Part shown: piece after piece, positions 56,413 through 64,000 of the stretch
How positions within the stretch are numbered: the stretch's first letter is position 1
How the letters are laid out: every line of letters starts with the position of its first letter
NCBI GenBank assembly: GCA_043290085.1
Contig: CM091797.1
Location: 22,302,880-22,366,879 of the forward strand
Origin: Rhynchocyon petersi
Taxonomy: Eukaryota
Direction of reading: 5' to 3'
Length of the DNA stretch: 64,000 bases
Program-made: the position numbers and the translations under genes
The notes under the pieces: model-generated
The model's input: only the letters and a program-made list of their open reading frames with translations
Databases searched by the model: none
Told to the model about the DNA's origin: nothing

Positions 56413-57190
56413 AATAGCATTATTAAAAGGTGTGAAATCCTCCAAGAACTGCCCAAATGTGCGGACATGAGGTGAACAGCAAAATGGTGCAGTTAGGTTG
56501 CTTTGCAGGGTTGACACAGACCTTACAGTAAGCAGAAGACTATGAAAAGTGTGCCTCTCCTGTCTCTCTGTAGAAACTGAGGCACAGCAGAGATCCTACA
56601 GCCAGCAAGTTCTGATACTGGAGCTCACTTTTCCCTTTAGCCTTTACTGCTTTTCTAGAATTTGGCACTGACCTATTAGAAGGGATTCACCATAATAACC
56701 TTTGATAACCCTCCATTATTTTTTCTGAGGGTATAAATCAATATTGGAGGAGACTGCTTACCTTTTCCCTTGGAGCAGTTGGATTCAAACCTTTGACCTT
56801 TAGGTTACCTGCCTAACACATAATGCATTGTGCCATTAGAGCTCCTTAGAAGGGGAAAGAAGAGATCACTTTAAGAAAGAATGTAAGAAGGGTAAGAATT
56901 TTAAAGCAATGTGGGGGAAATAGCAAGTGGAATTCTAGCTAAAATGGAATATTTGGAAAGTTCCTGAAAGATTAATTTGGAGAAATAGGTTGGAGCTAAC
57001 TTTTGTGTAATACTACATTTCAGGTGTGAGACTTGAGTTTGGAGCATTTAAAGATGGCTTTGCATTAGTATGGGTCCACAAGGCATAAATTGTAGTAGAC
57101 CATTATTAGGATGTCTAGAGAATGGGGTACCCACTAACTTGTAACTGAAAAGCCTTGTCTGAGACACCAGAACTTTGTTCTATGTAGTAA

Positions 57191-57407
57191 GCCAGTCCCT
57201 GGAGAGGGACATCATGCTTGGAAAGGTGGAGGGCCAGAGAGGGAGAGGCAGACCCTTGACTAGATGGTTGGACACAGTGACTGCAGCGATGGGCTCGAAT
57301 GTTTCAGGGATGATGAGGATGGTGCAGGATAGGGTGAGTTTTAGATCTGCTTATCATAGGGTTGCTAAGAGTTGTCCTCAACTTGATGGCACATAACAAC
57401 AACAACA
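57191..57407 (+). mobile_element. RTE 3'-terminal fragment flanked by about 65-bp direct repeats (57117-57182 and 57407-57473)
   Basis: The ORF 57175-57396 reads ..SQSLERDIMLGKVEGQRGRGRPLTRWLDTVTAAMGSNVSGMMRMVQDRVSFRSAYHRVAKSCPQLDGT. The flanks, agagaatggggtacccactaacttgtaactgaaaagccttgtctgagacaccagaactttgttcta and agagaatggagtacccaccaactttgtaactgaaaagccttgtctgagacaccagaactttgttcta, differ at 4 positions. Confidence 0.8.
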
Positions 57408-58334
57408 GAGAATGGAGTACCCACCAACTTTGTAACTGAAAAGCCTTGTCTGAGACACCAGAACTTTGTTCTAAGGAATGTTTGAGATTTGGGTGTTACA
57501 CACTGGTTGAGTCCTTGTATTTACTGTAAACCATCAAAGGATTACTGGGAGGATCCAAGGACGAACCTTATCATAAAGAGACGCTCCCATGAGTGGATTA
57601 TTTTGATCTACTCTATCATGTTAGCTCATAGTGACCCTCTTGAGGGGACTCGACGGTACCCCACCACCACCATCATGTTAGCTACTGGGCATGCCCAACA
57701 AGAAGGTAGGCACGCCTAGCTTTAACCCATGTGTTTTTAAGATTGGTTACTTCCAGGAAACCATCATTAGCCACTCCTCCCAGAATTGGAAAGTGTTAAA
57801 GGCCAGAGAGAGCGGAAGGGAGAGACCCCTTTGTTTGATCCGAATTCTGCTCTGGCTAGAGTAGAAATCTCATTGGAGTTGGTGTGTTTCTTCTGCATCT
57901 CCCAACTGCACATGGTTTGAATCTTCCTGGTCTCCCATATTTGGCGCACCGAGCAAGGTACGAATCTGTTTGGACTTCCACAATAAATGATAGGTGCTTG
58001 GCTGCTGACTGGAACAGTGGTGGTTTGAATCCACCAGAGGTCCCTCTGAAGAATGGTTGGGAATCTACTGCTGGAAAATCAGCCCCTGGAAGCCCTGTGG
58101 GTCACAATTTGGCTCTGATACTCACAGTGAGCAGAATCAACTAGGCAAAAACTGGTTTGGTTTTGGTTTGTTACTAGGGAATAATGGGCTCCAGGTATTT
58201 GGAGAATCTACCCTGAAGGGAAACAATGGCATCTAGAACCCCTCCTAATTACTAGGGAAGCACACCTGGGAATGGGAAGGAGTGGTCACCTAGCAATGTC
58301 ATTAATATCCCATGCATATATAAAGTATTACTAA

Positions 58335-58995
58335 AGATTATTCAGGAATGACTAGAACAGTACATTGACAGCTGCCAAAAAGTCAAGCTGGATTCAGAAG
58401 AGGCTGTTGGCATCAGGGATATCATTGCCAATGTCAGGTGGGTCTTGGCTGAAAGTAAAGACTACCAGAAGGATGTCTATTTGTGTCTCATTGACTCTGC
58501 AAAGGCATGTGTCAATCACAACAAACCATGGCTAGCACTAAGAGAAATGGGAATCCTGGAATATGTAATTGTGCTCATACAAAATCTTTACCTAGATCAA
58601 GAAGCCGTTGTAACAGAGCATGGGAATACTTGCATGACTGAAAATAAGAAAGGTGTGCATCAGAGCTGTATCCTTTCCCCATACCTATTCAATCTGTATG
58701 CAGAGCAAATCATTCAGGAGGTTGGGCTCTATGAAGAGAATGTGGCATCAGAATAAGAGGAAGATTTATCAACAACTTGCGATGCGACACGCAGATGACA
58801 AAACCCTGTTTGCTGAAAGTGAAGAGAACTTGAAAAGTTTGCTGCAGAAGATCAAGGACTGCAGCCTTCAATACGGAGTATGACTAAACAGGAAAACAAA
58901 GAGCCTCACCATTGGGCCAAGAGAACATCGTCATTGACAGAAACTATCGACACTGGTCATTGATTTCATCTTACTTGGATCCACAGTCAACATCC
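58335..58995 (+). mobile_element. RTE RT-domain fragment (plus), part of a nested RTE cluster at 58335-60398
   Basis: The ORFs 58445-58756 (MAESKDYQKDVYLCLIDSAKACVNHNKPWLALREMGILEYVIVLIQNLYLDQEAVVTEHGNT..GVHQSCILSPYLFNLYAEQIIQEVGLYEE) and 58653-58883 are RTE sequence. Confidence 0.75.
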
Positions 58996-59330
58996 TTGGC
59001 ACTGTTGTTGTTATTATGTGCCATCAAATCGAGAACAACTCATAGCGACCCTGTGAACAGCAGATCTGAAATGCCCCCTATCTTGCACCATCCTCACCAT
59101 CCCTGAAACACTCAAACCCATCACTGCAGTCACTGTGTCTAACCACCTAGTCAAGAATCTGCCTCTCTTTCTCAAGCCCTCCACTTTTCCAAGCATGATG
59201 TCCCTCTTCAGGGACTGGCCACTCCTGCCCAAAATATGTGAGACGAAGTTTCACCATCTTTGCCTCCAATGAGCAATTGGGCTGAACTTTCTGTCCAGGA
59301 CATATTTGTTTGTTTTTTTTGACATCTATG
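58996..59330 (-). mobile_element. RTE 3' fragment (minus), nested in the cluster
   Basis: ttgttgttattatgtgccatcaaatcgagaacaactcatagcgaccctgtgaacagcagatctgaaatgccccc... is the antisense of the RTE tail and C-terminus. Confidence 0.7.
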
Positions 59331-59334
59331 GGAT

Positions 59335-59460
59335 ATGAGAGATGGGCTTGAGTTTGTCCGGAATGGTGAGGATGGTGCAGGATAGGGCTGGTTTCAGATC
59401 TGCTGTTCATAGGGTCGCTATGAGTCGTTCTCTACTCGACGGCACATAACAACAACAACA
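59335..59460 (+). mobile_element. RTE 3'-terminal fragment (plus), nested
   Basis: gagatgggcttgagtttgtccggaatggtgaggatggtgcaggatagggctggtttcagatctgctgttcatagggtcgctatgagtcgttctctactcgacggcacataacaacaacaaca. Confidence 0.75.
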
Positions 59461-59910
59461 CATGGGATATTGAGCACTCTTCTCCAACACCAGCGCTCAA
59501 AGACATCAATTCTTCTTCTGTCATCCCTAGTCATTGTCCAACTTTCAAATGCATAGCTACCATTTGAGAAGACCATGGTCTGGACCAGGCGTACCTTTGT
59601 CTTCAGACTGACATCCTGACACTTCAGTACCCTGGAGAGGTTCTTAACAGCAGCCTCTCTGAGTGTGATGCGTCTTTTGATTTCCTGACTGCTGGTGCCA
59701 AGGGTGTTGATTGTGGATCCAAGCAAGATAAAATCACTGACTGTTTAAGTCCTTTCTCCATCAACAATGATGTCACCTACACTGGCCCAGTGGTGAGGAT
59801 CTTGGTTTTCTTGAGGTTTAGTCATAATCCATATTGAAGGCTGCCTTCCTTGAGTTTGTGCAGCAAACTTTTCAAGTCCTCTTCACTTTCAGCAAGCAGG
59901 GTTGTGTCAG
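59460..59910 (-). mobile_element. RTE fragment (minus), nested
   Basis: The minus ORF 59418-59726 reads MLGSTINTLGTSSQEIKRRITLREAAVKNLSRVLKCQDVSLKTKVRLVQTMVFSNGSYAFESWTMTRDDRRRIDVFERWCWRRVLNIP. Confidence 0.75.
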
Positions 59911-60398
59911 TGAAGAAATCAAAAGACATATCACACTGGAAAAATCTGTGGTTAAAGACCTCTCCAGAATACAGAAGAATAATGATGTTAGTTGAAGACA
60001 AAGGTACACTTGCTCAAAACCATAAGGACAACAGAAGAATTTGGTATGCCTTCAAGCTGTGGTGTTGGAAAAGAGTGCTCAAAATCCCATGGACTGCCAA
60101 AAGAACAATTGTGTCCTGGAGAGAATGCAACCAGAGTGCTCCTTGGAGGCAAGGGTGGTGAAACTTCCACCTTACATATTTTGGACATGTTGTTAGGAGA
60201 GGCCAGTCCCTGGAAAGGGGCATCATGCTTGGAAAGGTAGAGAGTCAGACCCTGGACTAGATGGATGGATGTAGTGACTGCAGTGATGGGTTCAAATGTG
60301 TCAAGGATGGTGCAGGATAGGGTGGGTTTCAGAGCTGTTGTTCATAGGGTTGCTATGAAGGCATAGTTGACTCAGTGGCATCTAACAACAACAACGTT
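59910..60398 (+). mobile_element. RTE 3' fragment (plus), nested
   Basis: It reads SEEIKRHITLEKSVVKDLSRIQKNNDVS.., KTKVHLLKT, and ends ..ggcatctaacaacaacaacg. The ORFs 59850-60161 and 59992-60240 cover parts of it. Confidence 0.65.
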
Positions 60399-60403
60399 GA
60401 AGG

Positions 60404-60575
60404 GAATGGAGCTCTAGTGGCTTTTTCTGTAGGGGGTTATGCTGCTAACCCTCAGGATGCACCTCCTGGTTCAAATCCAACAGCTGCTCTCTCAGAGAGG
60501 AAGATGGGGCAGTCTCATTCCATGTGACTCTGGAGGGTCACCTATGTGTCAGATCTGACTTGATGGCAGTGGGTA
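60404..60575 (+). mobile_element. AfroSINE-type SINE (degenerate)
   Basis: ggaatggagctctagtggctttttctgtagggggttatgctgctaaccctcaggatgcacctcctggttcaaatccaacagctgctc...gggtcacctatgtgtcagatctgacttgatggcag. Confidence 0.6.
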
Positions 60576-60649
60576 AGGGTTTTGTTTCTAAAGTTTAATC
60601 TGGAAGGGTACATTCAAGCTGAGGAGCTCTCTAGCTCATTATAAGGAGC

Positions 60650-60876
60650 CCACACTTTGGGTGTATTCTCAGGAGGGACCAGTATGAGGGAGGGATTTCA
60701 TGCTTGGTTAAGTAAGAGTCACCAAGATAGAGAAGGTCCTCAGTGGACAGTGACATGGTGACTACTCGGCACAGCAGAGATGTGAGGGTGGCGCAGGCAC
60801 GGGCAGGGTGTAGATGTGTTGCATGTGGGCTAGCTATGTGGCAGAGCTGACTCGATGGCACATAACAACAGAGGAG
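60650..60876 (+). mobile_element. RTE 3'-terminal fragment (degenerate)
   Basis: ggtgtattctcaggagggaccagtatgagggagggatttcatgcttgg...gctagctatgtggcagagctgactcgatggcacataacaaca. Confidence 0.55.
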
Positions 60877-62366
60877 CTTAAGTGGTGCAATGGTTAAGTA
60901 CTTCTTTACTAACTGAAAAGGTTGATGGCTCAAATCCACTAGCCAAAGAGTAGAAATTGTGGCAGGGTGCTTCTGTGCAGGTTACATGGCAGTGTGCTTC
61001 TGTGCAGGTTACAGACAGCCTCAGGGACCACGTGGGGCAGTTCTGATGTGTAGTCAACTCGATGGCACAGGCTTGTGTGTTGTTGTTTGTGGTTTTGGCA
61101 CTTCTTTCTAGCAACTCTAGTAGGTGCTGAGGCGGCAAGGTGCTTAGCAGCAAGATTAGCACTGAAGGTATTTAAAATGTGTCTCTTACATGAATCTCAG
61201 TCAGACAACAAGTGTATATAATATTTAGTCCATGTATCTAGGAGTTGCAGGAGAAAGAGTGGCTTCAACTTCCATGCAAGATACTGCCTCCGCAAATCCT
61301 GGGGAGGGTCACTGAGTCGGTCACAACTCGACGGTACCCCACCACCCCCATCTATGAGTTGGGCGATATGAGGAAATAGGGTTGAAAAGCTCACTTGTGT
61401 TGGATTGTGTTGATTATTTTAAATGTTTACAAGGTTTGTTGTTTGGAAGAAGCAGGATTTCTTTTGTATAGTTGTGAGGAAACTAAGAGACTCGGGTGGA
61501 AATCACACAGGTGTGTGTGTTTCAGCTCATCCCCAATAAAAGTGTTAGAGGGATTCAAAAGCAAAATGGAATGTCTTCAAAGCCCGTCAGCTTTCTTGGA
61601 GGGGAAGCTTTCACAGACTGTAGAAGATTGGACACATGTTTCCAGAGCTTCATGATACTGACATTCTGGATCCGCACCCTGCTTCTGGGGGATGTGGGCA
61701 TTTGAAGTACTTCACAGTCCTCTCAGGTTCTACATTCCAGTTATTTTTTACTTCCAGATAACATCATCTCGTTCATGGAGTTAAGCCGACGTGGGGGGAT
61801 AAGTGACTCGTTTTCTCTGGGTACTAGAATACTCTCTAGATCTCTCTTCATGATATCAAGGTCTAAAATGTTTAGGCATGTTTTTCCTACACCAGATTGG
61901 TTAACTTCTCATGGGGAAAGAGGATTTCTGAAACTGTCACTAGCAACAGGAGGAGACACCCATCTTTCTCCCTTGGAGCCCCTGCTGGTGTTGAGCTGCC
62001 AGAGCTACAAGGCCTGTTGGTTAGCAGTGCAGGCCACCAGGCCCTCTGCCCCCAGAGTTCCTTTAAATGAAGAAGAGGGGAGAGGAAATACTTTCCTTCA
62101 TGGCAAAACTGTTACAGTCTTCTATTCTAATGAGAATTCGGTAGATGAAGAAGGTGGCAAGGGAGGAGTGTAACTGTCAGCACGTCCGTCTGACCCAGTG
62201 AGGGGCTTTTCAGAAATCACACAGGGACAGGACCAGAAGGAAGAGGCCCAGTGATCCGTCATTATGTCATTGAAAGAAAAGCTTGTCATCGTAGATAGTT
62301 GTGTTACATTAACTGTTAGTGTACTACATTAACTGTTTCCATTTGCATTTTTGTCATTTTCCCCAG

Positions 62367-62474
62367 GAAAGTGCTGATAACATACTCTCCATTGTGAAGC
62401 AGAGAACAGGATCTTTTGGGGATCGACCTGCAAGACCTACTCTTTTAGAGCAGGTGTTAAATCAAAAAAGACTG
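62367..62474 (+). CDS. Probable second coding exon of the downstream gene (ESADNILSIVKQRTGSFGDRPARPTLLEQVLNQKRL)
   Basis: The acceptor is ttgtcattttccccag| and the donor is ctg|gtaaat. An alternative donor lies at cag|gtgtta (62453). It is 108 nt (or 87 nt) and in phase 0, which continues the frame of 54699-55154. It lies in repeat-free unique sequence. Confidence 0.45.
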
Positions 62475-62760
62475 GTAAATATCCGTTCATAAAGTTGTAA
62501 AGAGAGTTCTTTGTTTTAAGTGGGACTGTCATTGGCTGCACCTTGACTTAGCAGGATGGGGTGTGAAAGCTCTGCTGATACAGAATTCTGGAATGGGTTG
62601 AATAATTCTTTAATGGTATTGCTGTGACATTTAATGAGGAACTCTATATTGGATCCATATCAGAGCTCAGTCAGGAATGAAGTGATTGTCCCATAAGTAA
62701 TGGAATCATCAAGTGATAAATTTGAAAGGAAAAATAATAGCGTTCACTACATCAGACTAG

Positions 62761-62941
62761 GGAGCTTTGGTGGCTTAGTGGTAAGGAGCTGCACTGCTAG
62801 CCCAAAGGCATAAAGTTAAAATTCACCAGCTCCTCCGCAGGAGAAAGTTATGTCAACTCCCGTGGAATTAACTCCTCTGACAACCTATAGGAGGGTCAGC
62901 TATGAGTCGGTCACGAATCGACAGTACTTAACAACAACAAC
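62761..62941 (+). mobile_element. AfroSINE-type SINE
   Basis: ggagctttggtggcttagtggtaaggagctgcactgctagcccaaaggcataaagttaaaattcaccagctcctccgcagg...gggtcagctatgagtcggtcacgaatcgacagtacttaacaacaacaac. Confidence 0.85.
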
Positions 62942-63324
62942 ATCAGACTATATACCTTATCATAAATTCCTAATAAATTACAGTTCCCTCCCCTGTGATT
63001 TATAGCTGCTGAAAGCCCAACTATGAGTGGGTTCTGATTCAACAAACAGCATAGCAACAACAAAATGAAGACTGCAAGATTTTTTTAAACAGAACTAAGA
63101 TGAATTGGGGGTTTAAGTATCACAAAAACCCTGAAATAACAGTGTTCAGCTTTAAAAAAATAGAGGTAGGCCGCTCTTTCCTCATTCAAAGAGCGGTCCA
63201 TTCCTCTTCCCCATTTTCTCAAGATTTTGTGAAATTTATACAACATTCCTGAATGTAGGAAAAAATCATGCTGAGACTGAAGTCAGTAACAAAAGGACAA
63301 TTACAGTATGATGATGATGATGGG

Positions 63325-63492
63325 GTACCGTCGTGTTGTAACCAACTTGTAGTGACCCTCCTGAGGGTTTCTGGAGGCAGTATCTCGAACTGGAGTTGAA
63401 GCCACTCTTTCTCCCGTGAAGCAGCTGGCGGATTCGAACCGCGGGCCTTTGTGTTGGCAGCGCAGCTCCTTTACCACTAGGCCACACCAGCA
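63325..63492 (-). mobile_element. AfroSINE-type SINE (reverse orientation), preceded by (ATG)n
   Basis: ggggtaccgtcgtgttgtaaccaacttgtagtgaccctcctgagggtttctggaggcagtatctcgaactggagttgaagccactctttctcccgtgaagcagctggcggattcgaaccgcgggcctttgtgttggcagcgcagctcctttaccactaggccacaccagc. Confidence 0.8.
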
Positions 63493-63539
63493 GCACGATT
63501 CCAGTCAGTATAAGACCACTAATCTGTAAGGGAGCTCTT

Positions 63540-63720
63540 TTGGCCTAGTGGTAAGGAGCTATGCTGCCAACTCAAAGGCACTTGTTTTGAATCCGCCAGG
63601 TGCTCCTCAGGAGAAAGAGTGGCATTAACTCCCATGTGATTTACTGCCTCTGAAAACCCACTGGAAGGTCAGCAATGGTTCAGGCCCGACCTGACTGTAC
63701 CTAACAACAAAATATAAAAA
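63540..63720 (+). mobile_element. AfroSINE-type SINE
   Basis: gggagctcttttggcctagtggtaaggagctatgctgccaactcaaaggcacttgttttgaatccgccaggtgctcctcagg...ggtcagcaatggttcaggcccgacctgactgtacctaacaacaaa. Confidence 0.8.
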
Positions 63721-64000
63721 GTTACAGAAATGTTTACACACAGAATTGATCATGAAGGATTGACAGGAAAGGTAGCAAGCAGGGAGCAAAATTTATTAAA
63801 GAGATGGGTCAAGAGAAAGGCAGTAGACAGTAAGGATTTGATGAGACATTAATGACATTAATCAGTTATAACTAAAGTGACAACATTTACGAATGACCAG
63901 ATAAAAGCAAAGATGATTTGTAAACTTTCACTAAAAAAAGACAAGGACACAAAGGTGATAAATTTGGTTACATAAAAATGAATAAATAATGTATGTCAAA

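Noticed and set aside
641-63720. SINE heads as genuine tRNA genes
   Set aside because: The tRNA-like regions are embedded in 160-190-bp SINE units with conserved non-tRNA 3' parts. They are present in dozens of diverged copies in both orientations and lack an intact acceptor-stem and T-arm cloverleaf. They are SINE promoters (A and B box), not tRNA genes.
1-64000. Prokaryotic defence system, operon, CRISPR array or phage module
   Set aside because: The sequence is mammalian. Exons are spliced with long introns. It contains SINE, LINE and L1 repeats, microsatellites and a CpG-island promoter. There are no dense co-directional ORFs, RBS-like context or direct-repeat-and-spacer arrays. The periodic repeats are SINE copies of variable spacing and sequence, not CRISPR.

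Overview
This window is eukaryotic, not prokaryotic. It is mammalian, and almost certainly afrotherian: it is saturated with tRNA-derived SINEs matching the AfroSINE architecture and with RTE/BovB-type non-LTR retrotransposon fragments. There are no operons, CRISPR arrays or phage or defence modules. Roughly the first 50 kb is the body of a multi-exon plus-strand gene of the VWA5 family (VIT domain plus von Willebrand factor A domain). Its exons align colinearly to VWA5A, but it carries a roughly 580-codon insertion exon, typical of the longer VWA5B paralogs, so I call it VWA5B-like (VWA5B1 or VWA5B2). The long introns favour VWA5B1, but I cannot discriminate the two. I resolve 18 coding exons, covering VIT through the stop codon. 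The start-codon exon is not found and is probably upstream of the window. The insertion exon contains three near-identical tandem copies of a 213-nt unit encoding a proline-rich PPPLFGIPAPASAPV motif, followed by a poly-acidic tail. A splice-phase conflict between this exon and the next is unresolved. The introns hold a U2 snRNA-like pseudogene, at least 30 RTE fragments, four L1 ORF2 3' fragments, more than 40 AfroSINE copies and several microsatellites. One RTE copy has an intact 450-aa reverse-transcriptase ORF and sits as an inverted pair with a close relative. About 3.9 kb downstream of the VWA5B-like stop codon, a CpG island with Sp1 boxes carries the first coding exon of a second plus-strand gene that I cannot name. 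Its product has an acidic N-terminus, a Cys-x4-Cys...Cys-x2-His motif and a lysine-rich stretch. A probable second exon lies at 62.4 kb.
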